Notes: a model not told the origin generated them from the letters alone. DNA of 21,067 bases from Flectonema sp. DT1601 (GCA_964019425.1 OZ025795.1:1426001-1447067), one strand, 5' to 3'; counted from the first letter of the stretch, positions 6,559 through 18,673 are shown. Numbers and translations: made by a program.

Positions 6559-6836
6559 ATTGCCCGTTCACCTCTGTTTGCCAAGCAGAAGAAAATGAAC
6601 GGGGACTTACCGTGCTTATCCTACTTTTATGTAGAAAATTTAATTTATATTATTTAATGTATTTTTCTTTTGGCTTTCCCCCCCGAAAGACGTAATTTTC
6701 GCCGCTCCTATGTTAATGTTAAAGCTAAGACCGAGCCCCGGAAGCTAAGACCCAGCCCCACTCTGCTAATAAATCTTTTCTGCGAATTTTTTCATGGTGA
6801 GGGTCAAACCCCTAAGAAATAAAAAAATCTGCTATT

Positions 6837-6956
6837 GCCTGCGGCCATACTCTGGTGAATGCACCCCATCCCGCCCGATTTGGGAAGTTAAGCACCAGCA
6901 GGCCTGGTTAGTACTGCGGTGAGTGATCACGTGGGAACCCCGGGTGCTTGCAGGCT
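6837..6956 (+). rRNA. 5S rRNA (copy 2)
   Basis: Same sequence as copy 1. Confidence 0.97.
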
Positions 6957-7063
6957 TTTTCTCTTACTTCCCTACCCGCAAACAAGCATTTCTGTTAGTA
7001 CTGGTTAGTAGTTCTAAAAGCCACACAATTTCTAATTACCCGGGGTAACTACTTTTTAAGGTT

Positions 7064-7174
7064 AACCAACGATTCTAAAGCTACAGTTTCTGTACTTTAT
7101 TGGTACAGTCTCAATATCTAAGCTTGCTTAGAATATTTAGCCAACCTCTTAGGAAGAATTCTCTTCTTTTGGGG
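7064..7174 (+). ncRNA. SL RNA (copy 2)
   Basis: Same sequence as copy 1. Confidence 0.95.
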
Positions 7175-7459
7175 TTTTTTTATTGCCCGTTCACCTCTGT
7201 TTGCCAAGCAGAAGAAAATGAACGGGGACTTACCGTGCTTATCCTACTTTTATGTAGAAAATTTAATTTATATTATTTAATGTATTTTTCTTTTGGCTTT
7301 CCCCCCCGAAAGACGTAATTTTCGCCGCTCCTATGTTAATGTTAAAGCTAAGACCGAGCCCCGGAAGCTAAGACCCAGCCCCACTCTGCTAATAAATCTT
7401 TTCTGCGAATTTTTTCATGGTGAGGGTCAAACCCCTAAGAAATAAAAAAATCTGCTATT

Positions 7460-7579
7460 GCCTGCGGCCATACTCTGGTGAATGCACCCCATCCCGCCCG
7501 ATTTGGGAAGTTAAGCACCAGCAGGCCTGGTTAGTACTGCGGTGAGTGATCACGTGGGAACCCCGGGTGCTTGCAGGCT
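7460..7579 (+). rRNA. 5S rRNA (copy 3)
   Basis: Same sequence as copy 1. Confidence 0.97.
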
Positions 7580-7686
7580 TTTTCTCTTACTTCCCTACCC
7601 GCAAACAAGCATTTCTGTTAGTACTGGTTAGTAGTTCTAAAAGCCACACAATTTCTAATTACCCGGGGTAACTACTTTTTAAGGTT

Positions 7687-7797
7687 AACCAACGATTCTA
7701 AAGCTACAGTTTCTGTACTTTATTGGTACAGTCTCAATATCTAAGCTTGCTTAGAATATTTAGCCAACCTCTTAGGAAGAATTCTCTTCTTTTGGGG
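7687..7797 (+). ncRNA. SL RNA (copy 3)
   Basis: Same sequence as copy 1. Confidence 0.95.
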
Positions 7798-8082
7798 TTT
7801 TTTTATTGCCCGTTCACCTCTGTTTGCCAAGCAGAAGAAAATGAACGGGGACTTACCGTGCTTATCCTACTTTTATGTAGAAAATTTAATTTATATTATT
7901 TAATGTATTTTTCTTTTGGCTTTCCCCCCCGAAAGACGTAATTTTCGCCGCTCCTATGTTAATGTTAAAGCTAAGACCGAGCCCCGGAAGCTAAGACCCA
8001 GCCCCACTCTGCTAATAAATCTTTTCTGCGAATTTTTTCATGGTGAGGGTCAAACCCCTAAGAAATAAAAAAATCTGCTATT

Positions 8083-8202
8083 GCCTGCGGCCATACTCTG
8101 GTGAATGCACCCCATCCCGCCCGATTTGGGAAGTTAAGCACCAGCAGGCCTGGTTAGTACTGCGGTGAGTGATCACGTGGGAACCCCGGGTGCTTGCAGG
8201 CT
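8083..8202 (+). rRNA. 5S rRNA (copy 4)
   Basis: Same sequence as copy 1. Confidence 0.97.
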
Positions 8203-8309
8203 TTTTCTCTTACTTCCCTACCCGCAAACAAGCATTTCTGTTAGTACTGGTTAGTAGTTCTAAAAGCCACACAATTTCTAATTACCCGGGGTAACTACTT
8301 TTTAAGGTT

Positions 8310-8420
8310 AACCAACGATTCTAAAGCTACAGTTTCTGTACTTTATTGGTACAGTCTCAATATCTAAGCTTGCTTAGAATATTTAGCCAACCTCTTAGGA
8401 AGAATTCTCTTCTTTTGGGG
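8310..8420 (+). ncRNA. SL RNA (copy 4)
   Basis: Same sequence as copy 1. Confidence 0.95.
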
Positions 8421-8705
8421 TTTTTTTATTGCCCGTTCACCTCTGTTTGCCAAGCAGAAGAAAATGAACGGGGACTTACCGTGCTTATCCTACTTTTATG
8501 TAGAAAATTTAATTTATATTATTTAATGTATTTTTCTTTTGGCTTTCCCCCCCGAAAGACGTAATTTTCGCCGCTCCTATGTTAATGTTAAAGCTAAGAC
8601 CGAGCCCCGGAAGCTAAGACCCAGCCCCACTCTGCTAATAAATCTTTTCTGCGAATTTTTTCATGGTGAGGGTCAAACCCCTAAGAAATAAAAAAATCTG
8701 CTATT

Positions 8706-8825
8706 GCCTGCGGCCATACTCTGGTGAATGCACCCCATCCCGCCCGATTTGGGAAGTTAAGCACCAGCAGGCCTGGTTAGTACTGCGGTGAGTGATCACG
8801 TGGGAACCCCGGGTGCTTGCAGGCT
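8706..8825 (+). rRNA. 5S rRNA (copy 5)
   Basis: Same sequence as copy 1. Confidence 0.97.
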
Positions 8826-8932
8826 TTTTCTCTTACTTCCCTACCCGCAAACAAGCATTTCTGTTAGTACTGGTTAGTAGTTCTAAAAGCCACACAATTT
8901 CTAATTACCCGGGGTAACTACTTTTTAAGGTT

Positions 8933-9043
8933 AACCAACGATTCTAAAGCTACAGTTTCTGTACTTTATTGGTACAGTCTCAATATCTAAGCTTGCTTAG
9001 AATATTTAGCCAACCTCTTAGGAAGAATTCTCTTCTTTTGGGG
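8933..9043 (+). ncRNA. SL RNA (copy 5)
   Basis: Same sequence as copy 1. Confidence 0.95.
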
Positions 9044-9328
9044 TTTTTTTATTGCCCGTTCACCTCTGTTTGCCAAGCAGAAGAAAATGAACGGGGACTT
9101 ACCGTGCTTATCCTACTTTTATGTAGAAAATTTAATTTATATTATTTAATGTATTTTTCTTTTGGCTTTCCCCCCCGAAAGACGTAATTTTCGCCGCTCC
9201 TATGTTAATGTTAAAGCTAAGACCGAGCCCCGGAAGCTAAGACCCAGCCCCACTCTGCTAATAAATCTTTTCTGCGAATTTTTTCATGGTGAGGGTCAAA
9301 CCCCTAAGAAATAAAAAAATCTGCTATT

Positions 9329-9448
9329 GCCTGCGGCCATACTCTGGTGAATGCACCCCATCCCGCCCGATTTGGGAAGTTAAGCACCAGCAGGCCTGGT
9401 TAGTACTGCGGTGAGTGATCACGTGGGAACCCCGGGTGCTTGCAGGCT
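9329..9448 (+). rRNA. 5S rRNA (copy 6)
   Basis: Same sequence as copy 1. Confidence 0.97.
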
Positions 9449-9555
9449 TTTTCTCTTACTTCCCTACCCGCAAACAAGCATTTCTGTTAGTACTGGTTAG
9501 TAGTTCTAAAAGCCACACAATTTCTAATTACCCGGGGTAACTACTTTTTAAGGTT

Positions 9556-9666
9556 AACCAACGATTCTAAAGCTACAGTTTCTGTACTTTATTGGTACAG
9601 TCTCAATATCTAAGCTTGCTTAGAATATTTAGCCAACCTCTTAGGAAGAATTCTCTTCTTTTGGGG
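9556..9666 (+). ncRNA. SL RNA (copy 6)
   Basis: Same sequence as copy 1. Confidence 0.95.
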
Positions 9667-9951
9667 TTTTTTTATTGCCCGTTCACCTCTGTTTGCCAAG
9701 CAGAAGAAAATGAACGGGGACTTACCGTGCTTATCCTACTTTTATGTAGAAAATTTAATTTATATTATTTAATGTATTTTTCTTTTGGCTTTCCCCCCCG
9801 AAAGACGTAATTTTCGCCGCTCCTATGTTAATGTTAAAGCTAAGACCGAGCCCCGGAAGCTAAGACCCAGCCCCACTCTGCTAATAAATCTTTTCTGCGA
9901 ATTTTTTCATGGTGAGGGTCAAACCCCTAAGAAATAAAAAAATCTGCTATT

Positions 9952-10071
9952 GCCTGCGGCCATACTCTGGTGAATGCACCCCATCCCGCCCGATTTGGGA
10001 AGTTAAGCACCAGCAGGCCTGGTTAGTACTGCGGTGAGTGATCACGTGGGAACCCCGGGTGCTTGCAGGCT
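9952..10071 (+). rRNA. 5S rRNA (copy 7)
   Basis: Same sequence as copy 1. Confidence 0.97.
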
Positions 10072-10178
10072 TTTTCTCTTACTTCCCTACCCGCAAACAA
10101 GCATTTCTGTTAGTACTGGTTAGTAGTTCTAAAAGCCACACAATTTCTAATTACCCGGGGTAACTACTTTTTAAGGTT

Positions 10179-10289
10179 AACCAACGATTCTAAAGCTACA
10201 GTTTCTGTACTTTATTGGTACAGTCTCAATATCTAAGCTTGCTTAGAATATTTAGCCAACCTCTTAGGAAGAATTCTCTTCTTTTGGGG
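10179..10289 (+). ncRNA. SL RNA (copy 7)
   Basis: Same sequence as copy 1. Confidence 0.95.
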
Positions 10290-10574
10290 TTTTTTTATTG
10301 CCCGTTCACCTCTGTTTGCCAAGCAGAAGAAAATGAACGGGGACTTACCGTGCTTATCCTACTTTTATGTAGAAAATTTAATTTATATTATTTAATGTAT
10401 TTTTCTTTTGGCTTTCCCCCCCGAAAGACGTAATTTTCGCCGCTCCTATGTTAATGTTAAAGCTAAGACCGAGCCCCGGAAGCTAAGACCCAGCCCCACT
10501 CTGCTAATAAATCTTTTCTGCGAATTTTTTCATGGTGAGGGTCAAACCCCTAAGAAATAAAAAAATCTGCTATT

Positions 10575-10694
10575 GCCTGCGGCCATACTCTGGTGAATGC
10601 ACCCCATCCCGCCCGATTTGGGAAGTTAAGCACCAGCAGGCCTGGTTAGTACTGCGGTGAGTGATCACGTGGGAACCCCGGGTGCTTGCAGGCT
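10575..10694 (+). rRNA. 5S rRNA (copy 8)
   Basis: Same sequence as copy 1. Confidence 0.97.
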
Positions 10695-10801
10695 TTTTCT
10701 CTTACTTCCCTACCCGCAAACAAGCATTTCTGTTAGTACTGGTTAGTAGTTCTAAAAGCCACACAATTTCTAATTACCCGGGGTAACTACTTTTTAAGGT
10801 T

Positions 10802-10912
10802 AACCAACGATTCTAAAGCTACAGTTTCTGTACTTTATTGGTACAGTCTCAATATCTAAGCTTGCTTAGAATATTTAGCCAACCTCTTAGGAAGAATTCT
10901 CTTCTTTTGGGG
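10802..10912 (+). ncRNA. SL RNA (copy 8)
   Basis: Same sequence as copy 1. Confidence 0.95.
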
Positions 10913-11197
10913 TTTTTTTATTGCCCGTTCACCTCTGTTTGCCAAGCAGAAGAAAATGAACGGGGACTTACCGTGCTTATCCTACTTTTATGTAGAAAAT
11001 TTAATTTATATTATTTAATGTATTTTTCTTTTGGCTTTCCCCCCCGAAAGACGTAATTTTCGCCGCTCCTATGTTAATGTTAAAGCTAAGACCGAGCCCC
11101 GGAAGCTAAGACCCAGCCCCACTCTGCTAATAAATCTTTTCTGCGAATTTTTTCATGGTGAGGGTCAAACCCCTAAGAAATAAAAAAATCTGCTATT

Positions 11198-11317
11198 GCC
11201 TGCGGCCATACTCTGGTGAATGCACCCCATCCCGCCCGATTTGGGAAGTTAAGCACCAGCAGGCCTGGTTAGTACTGCGGTGAGTGATCACGTGGGAACC
11301 CCGGGTGCTTGCAGGCT
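11198..11317 (+). rRNA. 5S rRNA (copy 9)
   Basis: Same sequence as copy 1. Confidence 0.97.
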
Positions 11318-11424
11318 TTTTCTCTTACTTCCCTACCCGCAAACAAGCATTTCTGTTAGTACTGGTTAGTAGTTCTAAAAGCCACACAATTTCTAATTAC
11401 CCGGGGTAACTACTTTTTAAGGTT

Positions 11425-11535
11425 AACCAACGATTCTAAAGCTACAGTTTCTGTACTTTATTGGTACAGTCTCAATATCTAAGCTTGCTTAGAATATTTA
11501 GCCAACCTCTTAGGAAGAATTCTCTTCTTTTGGGG
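11425..11535 (+). ncRNA. SL RNA (copy 9)
   Basis: Same sequence as copy 1. Confidence 0.95.
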
Positions 11536-11820
11536 TTTTTTTATTGCCCGTTCACCTCTGTTTGCCAAGCAGAAGAAAATGAACGGGGACTTACCGTGCT
11601 TATCCTACTTTTATGTAGAAAATTTAATTTATATTATTTAATGTATTTTTCTTTTGGCTTTCCCCCCCGAAAGACGTAATTTTCGCCGCTCCTATGTTAA
11701 TGTTAAAGCTAAGACCGAGCCCCGGAAGCTAAGACCCAGCCCCACTCTGCTAATAAATCTTTTCTGCGAATTTTTTCATGGTGAGGGTCAAACCCCTAAG
11801 AAATAAAAAAATCTGCTATT

Positions 11821-11940
11821 GCCTGCGGCCATACTCTGGTGAATGCACCCCATCCCGCCCGATTTGGGAAGTTAAGCACCAGCAGGCCTGGTTAGTACTG
11901 CGGTGAGTGATCACGTGGGAACCCCGGGTGCTTGCAGGCT
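11821..11940 (+). rRNA. 5S rRNA (copy 10)
   Basis: Same sequence as copy 1. Confidence 0.97.
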
Positions 11941-12047
11941 TTTTCTCTTACTTCCCTACCCGCAAACAAGCATTTCTGTTAGTACTGGTTAGTAGTTCTA
12001 AAAGCCACACAATTTCTAATTACCCGGGGTAACTACTTTTTAAGGTT

Positions 12048-12158
12048 AACCAACGATTCTAAAGCTACAGTTTCTGTACTTTATTGGTACAGTCTCAATA
12101 TCTAAGCTTGCTTAGAATATTTAGCCAACCTCTTAGGAAGAATTCTCTTCTTTTGGGG
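12048..12158 (+). ncRNA. SL RNA (copy 10)
   Basis: Same sequence as copy 1. Confidence 0.95.
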
Positions 12159-12443
12159 TTTTTTTATTGCCCGTTCACCTCTGTTTGCCAAGCAGAAGAA
12201 AATGAACGGGGACTTACCGTGCTTATCCTACTTTTATGTAGAAAATTTAATTTATATTATTTAATGTATTTTTCTTTTGGCTTTCCCCCCCGAAAGACGT
12301 AATTTTCGCCGCTCCTATGTTAATGTTAAAGCTAAGACCGAGCCCCGGAAGCTAAGACCCAGCCCCACTCTGCTAATAAATCTTTTCTGCGAATTTTTTC
12401 ATGGTGAGGGTCAAACCCCTAAGAAATAAAAAAATCTGCTATT

Positions 12444-12563
12444 GCCTGCGGCCATACTCTGGTGAATGCACCCCATCCCGCCCGATTTGGGAAGTTAAGC
12501 ACCAGCAGGCCTGGTTAGTACTGCGGTGAGTGATCACGTGGGAACCCCGGGTGCTTGCAGGCT
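12444..12563 (+). rRNA. 5S rRNA (copy 11)
   Basis: Same sequence as copy 1. Confidence 0.97.
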
Positions 12564-12670
12564 TTTTCTCTTACTTCCCTACCCGCAAACAAGCATTTCT
12601 GTTAGTACTGGTTAGTAGTTCTAAAAGCCACACAATTTCTAATTACCCGGGGTAACTACTTTTTAAGGTT

Positions 12671-12781
12671 AACCAACGATTCTAAAGCTACAGTTTCTGT
12701 ACTTTATTGGTACAGTCTCAATATCTAAGCTTGCTTAGAATATTTAGCCAACCTCTTAGGAAGAATTCTCTTCTTTTGGGG
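12671..12781 (+). ncRNA. SL RNA (copy 11)
   Basis: Same sequence as copy 1. Confidence 0.95.
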
Positions 12782-13066
12782 TTTTTTTATTGCCCGTTCA
12801 CCTCTGTTTGCCAAGCAGAAGAAAATGAACGGGGACTTACCGTGCTTATCCTACTTTTATGTAGAAAATTTAATTTATATTATTTAATGTATTTTTCTTT
12901 TGGCTTTCCCCCCCGAAAGACGTAATTTTCGCCGCTCCTATGTTAATGTTAAAGCTAAGACCGAGCCCCGGAAGCTAAGACCCAGCCCCACTCTGCTAAT
13001 AAATCTTTTCTGCGAATTTTTTCATGGTGAGGGTCAAACCCCTAAGAAATAAAAAAATCTGCTATT

Positions 13067-13186
13067 GCCTGCGGCCATACTCTGGTGAATGCACCCCATC
13101 CCGCCCGATTTGGGAAGTTAAGCACCAGCAGGCCTGGTTAGTACTGCGGTGAGTGATCACGTGGGAACCCCGGGTGCTTGCAGGCT
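13067..13186 (+). rRNA. 5S rRNA (copy 12)
   Basis: Same sequence as copy 1. Confidence 0.97.
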
Positions 13187-13293
13187 TTTTCTCTTACTTC
13201 CCTACCCGCAAACAAGCATTTCTGTTAGTACTGGTTAGTAGTTCTAAAAGCCACACAATTTCTAATTACCCGGGGTAACTACTTTTTAAGGTT

Positions 13294-13404
13294 AACCAAC
13301 GATTCTAAAGCTACAGTTTCTGTACTTTATTGGTACAGTCTCAATATCTAAGCTTGCTTAGAATATTTAGCCAACCTCTTAGGAAGAATTCTCTTCTTTT
13401 GGGG
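13294..13404 (+). ncRNA. SL RNA (copy 12)
   Basis: Same sequence as copy 1. Confidence 0.95.
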
Positions 13405-13689
13405 TTTTTTTATTGCCCGTTCACCTCTGTTTGCCAAGCAGAAGAAAATGAACGGGGACTTACCGTGCTTATCCTACTTTTATGTAGAAAATTTAATTTA
13501 TATTATTTAATGTATTTTTCTTTTGGCTTTCCCCCCCGAAAGACGTAATTTTCGCCGCTCCTATGTTAATGTTAAAGCTAAGACCGAGCCCCGGAAGCTA
13601 AGACCCAGCCCCACTCTGCTAATAAATCTTTTCTGCGAATTTTTTCATGGTGAGGGTCAAACCCCTAAGAAATAAAAAAATCTGCTATT

Positions 13690-13809
13690 GCCTGCGGCCA
13701 TACTCTGGTGAATGCACCCCATCCCGCCCGATTTGGGAAGTTAAGCACCAGCAGGCCTGGTTAGTACTGCGGTGAGTGATCACGTGGGAACCCCGGGTGC
13801 TTGCAGGCT
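13690..13809 (+). rRNA. 5S rRNA (copy 13)
   Basis: Same sequence as copy 1. Confidence 0.97.
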
Positions 13810-13916
13810 TTTTCTCTTACTTCCCTACCCGCAAACAAGCATTTCTGTTAGTACTGGTTAGTAGTTCTAAAAGCCACACAATTTCTAATTACCCGGGGTA
13901 ACTACTTTTTAAGGTT

Positions 13917-14027
13917 AACCAACGATTCTAAAGCTACAGTTTCTGTACTTTATTGGTACAGTCTCAATATCTAAGCTTGCTTAGAATATTTAGCCAACCT
14001 CTTAGGAAGAATTCTCTTCTTTTGGGG
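13917..14027 (+). ncRNA. SL RNA (copy 13)
   Basis: Same sequence as copy 1. Confidence 0.95.
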
Positions 14028-14312
14028 TTTTTTTATTGCCCGTTCACCTCTGTTTGCCAAGCAGAAGAAAATGAACGGGGACTTACCGTGCTTATCCTAC
14101 TTTTATGTAGAAAATTTAATTTATATTATTTAATGTATTTTTCTTTTGGCTTTCCCCCCCGAAAGACGTAATTTTCGCCGCTCCTATGTTAATGTTAAAG
14201 CTAAGACCGAGCCCCGGAAGCTAAGACCCAGCCCCACTCTGCTAATAAATCTTTTCTGCGAATTTTTTCATGGTGAGGGTCAAACCCCTAAGAAATAAAA
14301 AAATCTGCTATT

Positions 14313-14432
14313 GCCTGCGGCCATACTCTGGTGAATGCACCCCATCCCGCCCGATTTGGGAAGTTAAGCACCAGCAGGCCTGGTTAGTACTGCGGTGAGT
14401 GATCACGTGGGAACCCCGGGTGCTTGCAGGCT
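14313..14432 (+). rRNA. 5S rRNA (copy 14)
   Basis: Same sequence as copy 1. Confidence 0.97.
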
Positions 14433-14539
14433 TTTTCTCTTACTTCCCTACCCGCAAACAAGCATTTCTGTTAGTACTGGTTAGTAGTTCTAAAAGCCAC
14501 ACAATTTCTAATTACCCGGGGTAACTACTTTTTAAGGTT

Positions 14540-14650
14540 AACCAACGATTCTAAAGCTACAGTTTCTGTACTTTATTGGTACAGTCTCAATATCTAAGCT
14601 TGCTTAGAATATTTAGCCAACCTCTTAGGAAGAATTCTCTTCTTTTGGGG
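14540..14650 (+). ncRNA. SL RNA (copy 14)
   Basis: Same sequence as copy 1. Confidence 0.95.
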
Positions 14651-14935
14651 TTTTTTTATTGCCCGTTCACCTCTGTTTGCCAAGCAGAAGAAAATGAACG
14701 GGGACTTACCGTGCTTATCCTACTTTTATGTAGAAAATTTAATTTATATTATTTAATGTATTTTTCTTTTGGCTTTCCCCCCCGAAAGACGTAATTTTCG
14801 CCGCTCCTATGTTAATGTTAAAGCTAAGACCGAGCCCCGGAAGCTAAGACCCAGCCCCACTCTGCTAATAAATCTTTTCTGCGAATTTTTTCATGGTGAG
14901 GGTCAAACCCCTAAGAAATAAAAAAATCTGCTATT

Positions 14936-15055
14936 GCCTGCGGCCATACTCTGGTGAATGCACCCCATCCCGCCCGATTTGGGAAGTTAAGCACCAGCAG
15001 GCCTGGTTAGTACTGCGGTGAGTGATCACGTGGGAACCCCGGGTGCTTGCAGGCT
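14936..15055 (+). rRNA. 5S rRNA (copy 15)
   Basis: Same sequence as copy 1. Confidence 0.97.
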
Positions 15056-15162
15056 TTTTCTCTTACTTCCCTACCCGCAAACAAGCATTTCTGTTAGTAC
15101 TGGTTAGTAGTTCTAAAAGCCACACAATTTCTAATTACCCGGGGTAACTACTTTTTAAGGTT

Positions 15163-15273
15163 AACCAACGATTCTAAAGCTACAGTTTCTGTACTTTATT
15201 GGTACAGTCTCAATATCTAAGCTTGCTTAGAATATTTAGCCAACCTCTTAGGAAGAATTCTCTTCTTTTGGGG
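15163..15273 (+). ncRNA. SL RNA (copy 15)
   Basis: Same sequence as copy 1. Confidence 0.95.
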
Positions 15274-15558
15274 TTTTTTTATTGCCCGTTCACCTCTGTT
15301 TGCCAAGCAGAAGAAAATGAACGGGGACTTACCGTGCTTATCCTACTTTTATGTAGAAAATTTAATTTATATTATTTAATGTATTTTTCTTTTGGCTTTC
15401 CCCCCCGAAAGACGTAATTTTCGCCGCTCCTATGTTAATGTTAAAGCTAAGACCGAGCCCCGGAAGCTAAGACCCAGCCCCACTCTGCTAATAAATCTTT
15501 TCTGCGAATTTTTTCATGGTGAGGGTCAAACCCCTAAGAAATAAAAAAATCTGCTATT

Positions 15559-15678
15559 GCCTGCGGCCATACTCTGGTGAATGCACCCCATCCCGCCCGA
15601 TTTGGGAAGTTAAGCACCAGCAGGCCTGGTTAGTACTGCGGTGAGTGATCACGTGGGAACCCCGGGTGCTTGCAGGCT
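15559..15678 (+). rRNA. 5S rRNA (copy 16)
   Basis: Same sequence as copy 1. Confidence 0.97.
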
Positions 15679-15785
15679 TTTTCTCTTACTTCCCTACCCG
15701 CAAACAAGCATTTCTGTTAGTACTGGTTAGTAGTTCTAAAAGCCACACAATTTCTAATTACCCGGGGTAACTACTTTTTAAGGTT

Positions 15786-15896
15786 AACCAACGATTCTAA
15801 AGCTACAGTTTCTGTACTTTATTGGTACAGTCTCAATATCTAAGCTTGCTTAGAATATTTAGCCAACCTCTTAGGAAGAATTCTCTTCTTTTGGGG
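15786..15896 (+). ncRNA. SL RNA (copy 16)
   Basis: Same sequence as copy 1. Confidence 0.95.
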
Positions 15897-16181
15897 TTTT
15901 TTTATTGCCCGTTCACCTCTGTTTGCCAAGCAGAAGAAAATGAACGGGGACTTACCGTGCTTATCCTACTTTTATGTAGAAAATTTAATTTATATTATTT
16001 AATGTATTTTTCTTTTGGCTTTCCCCCCCGAAAGACGTAATTTTCGCCGCTCCTATGTTAATGTTAAAGCTAAGACCGAGCCCCGGAAGCTAAGACCCAG
16101 CCCCACTCTGCTAATAAATCTTTTCTGCGAATTTTTTCATGGTGAGGGTCAAACCCCTAAGAAATAAAAAAATCTGCTATT

Positions 16182-16301
16182 GCCTGCGGCCATACTCTGG
16201 TGAATGCACCCCATCCCGCCCGATTTGGGAAGTTAAGCACCAGCAGGCCTGGTTAGTACTGCGGTGAGTGATCACGTGGGAACCCCGGGTGCTTGCAGGC
16301 T
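16182..16301 (+). rRNA. 5S rRNA (copy 17)
   Basis: Same sequence as copy 1. Confidence 0.97.
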
Positions 16302-16408
16302 TTTTCTCTTACTTCCCTACCCGCAAACAAGCATTTCTGTTAGTACTGGTTAGTAGTTCTAAAAGCCACACAATTTCTAATTACCCGGGGTAACTACTTT
16401 TTAAGGTT

Positions 16409-16519
16409 AACCAACGATTCTAAAGCTACAGTTTCTGTACTTTATTGGTACAGTCTCAATATCTAAGCTTGCTTAGAATATTTAGCCAACCTCTTAGGAA
16501 GAATTCTCTTCTTTTGGGG
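16409..16519 (+). ncRNA. SL RNA (copy 17)
   Basis: Same sequence as copy 1. Confidence 0.95.
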
Positions 16520-16804
16520 TTTTTTTATTGCCCGTTCACCTCTGTTTGCCAAGCAGAAGAAAATGAACGGGGACTTACCGTGCTTATCCTACTTTTATGT
16601 AGAAAATTTAATTTATATTATTTAATGTATTTTTCTTTTGGCTTTCCCCCCCGAAAGACGTAATTTTCGCCGCTCCTATGTTAATGTTAAAGCTAAGACC
16701 GAGCCCCGGAAGCTAAGACCCAGCCCCACTCTGCTAATAAATCTTTTCTGCGAATTTTTTCATGGTGAGGGTCAAACCCCTAAGAAATAAAAAAATCTGC
16801 TATT

Positions 16805-16924
16805 GCCTGCGGCCATACTCTGGTGAATGCACCCCATCCCGCCCGATTTGGGAAGTTAAGCACCAGCAGGCCTGGTTAGTACTGCGGTGAGTGATCACGT
16901 GGGAACCCCGGGTGCTTGCAGGCT
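16805..16924 (+). rRNA. 5S rRNA (copy 18)
   Basis: Same sequence as copy 1. Confidence 0.97.
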
Positions 16925-17031
16925 TTTTCTCTTACTTCCCTACCCGCAAACAAGCATTTCTGTTAGTACTGGTTAGTAGTTCTAAAAGCCACACAATTTC
17001 TAATTACCCGGGGTAACTACTTTTTAAGGTT

Positions 17032-17142
17032 AACCAACGATTCTAAAGCTACAGTTTCTGTACTTTATTGGTACAGTCTCAATATCTAAGCTTGCTTAGA
17101 ATATTTAGCCAACCTCTTAGGAAGAATTCTCTTCTTTTGGGG
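17032..17142 (+). ncRNA. SL RNA (copy 18)
   Basis: Same sequence as copy 1. Confidence 0.95.
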
Positions 17143-17427
17143 TTTTTTTATTGCCCGTTCACCTCTGTTTGCCAAGCAGAAGAAAATGAACGGGGACTTA
17201 CCGTGCTTATCCTACTTTTATGTAGAAAATTTAATTTATATTATTTAATGTATTTTTCTTTTGGCTTTCCCCCCCGAAAGACGTAATTTTCGCCGCTCCT
17301 ATGTTAATGTTAAAGCTAAGACCGAGCCCCGGAAGCTAAGACCCAGCCCCACTCTGCTAATAAATCTTTTCTGCGAATTTTTTCATGGTGAGGGTCAAAC
17401 CCCTAAGAAATAAAAAAATCTGCTATT

Positions 17428-17547
17428 GCCTGCGGCCATACTCTGGTGAATGCACCCCATCCCGCCCGATTTGGGAAGTTAAGCACCAGCAGGCCTGGTT
17501 AGTACTGCGGTGAGTGATCACGTGGGAACCCCGGGTGCTTGCAGGCT
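17428..17547 (+). rRNA. 5S rRNA (copy 19)
   Basis: Same sequence as copy 1. Confidence 0.97.
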
Positions 17548-17654
17548 TTTTCTCTTACTTCCCTACCCGCAAACAAGCATTTCTGTTAGTACTGGTTAGT
17601 AGTTCTAAAAGCCACACAATTTCTAATTACCCGGGGTAACTACTTTTTAAGGTT

Positions 17655-17765
17655 AACCAACGATTCTAAAGCTACAGTTTCTGTACTTTATTGGTACAGT
17701 CTCAATATCTAAGCTTGCTTAGAATATTTAGCCAACCTCTTAGGAAGAATTCTCTTCTTTTGGGG
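17655..17765 (+). ncRNA. SL RNA (copy 19)
   Basis: Same sequence as copy 1; 1-nt deletion downstream near 17795. Confidence 0.95.
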
Positions 17766-18049
17766 TTTTTTTATTGCCCGTTCACCTCTGTTTGCAAGCA
17801 GAAGAAAATGAACGGGGACTTACCGTGCTTATCCTACTTTTATGTAGAAAATTTAATTTATATTATTTAATGTATTTTTCTTTTGGCTTTCCCCCCCGAA
17901 AGACGTAATTTTCGCCGCTCCTATGTTAATGTTAAAGCTAAGACCGAGCCCCGGAAGCTAAGACCCAGCCCCACTCTGCTAATAAATCTTTTCTGCGAAT
18001 TTTTTCATGGTGAGGGTCAAACCCCTAAGAAATAAAAAAATCTGCTATT

Positions 18050-18169
18050 GCCTGCGGCCATACTCTGGTGAATGCACCCCATCCCGCCCGATTTGGGAAG
18101 TTAAGCACCAGCAGGCCTGGTTAGTACTGCGGTGAGTGATCACGTGGGAACCCCGGGTGCTTGCAGGCT
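18050..18169 (+). rRNA. 5S rRNA (copy 20)
   Basis: Same sequence as copy 1. Confidence 0.97.
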
Positions 18170-18276
18170 TTTTCTCTTACTTCCCTACCCGCAAACAAGC
18201 ATTTCTGTTAGTACTGGTTAGTAGTTCTAAAAGCCACACAATTTCTAATTACCCGGGGTAACTACTTTTTAAGGTT

Positions 18277-18387
18277 AACCAACGATTCTAAAGCTACAGT
18301 TTCTGTACTTTATTGGTACAGTCTCAATATCTAAGCTTGCTTAGAATATTTAGCCAACCTCTTAGGAAGAATTCTCTTCTTTTGGGG
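18277..18387 (+). ncRNA. SL RNA (copy 20)
   Basis: Same sequence as copy 1. Confidence 0.95.
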
Positions 18388-18673
18388 TTTTTTTATTGCC
18401 CGTTCACCTCTGTTTGCCAAGCAGAAGAAAATGAACGGGGACTTACCGTGCTTATCCTACTTTTATGTAGAAAATTTAATTTATATTATTTAATGTATTT
18501 TTCTTTTGGCTTTCCCCCCCCGAAAGACGTAATTTTCGCCGCTCCTATGTTAATGTTAAAGCTAAGACCGAGCCCCGGAAGCTAAGACCCAGCCCCACTC
18601 TGCTAATAAATCTTTTCTGCGAATTTTTTCATGGTGAGGGTCAAACCCCTAAGAAATAAAAAAATCTGCTATT

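Noticed and set aside
6563..6610. Hairpin as a single-hairpin H/ACA-like (AGA box) guide such as SLA1
   Set aside because: The internal loop (2 x 6 nt) is too small for a pseudouridylation pocket, and there is no AGA/ACA box at the expected distance.
6603..6620. ACTTACC as the 5' end of a U1 snRNA gene
   Set aside because: Only 7 nt match the U1 5' end. The downstream sequence is very AT-rich and lacks a U1-70K loop and the U1 stems.
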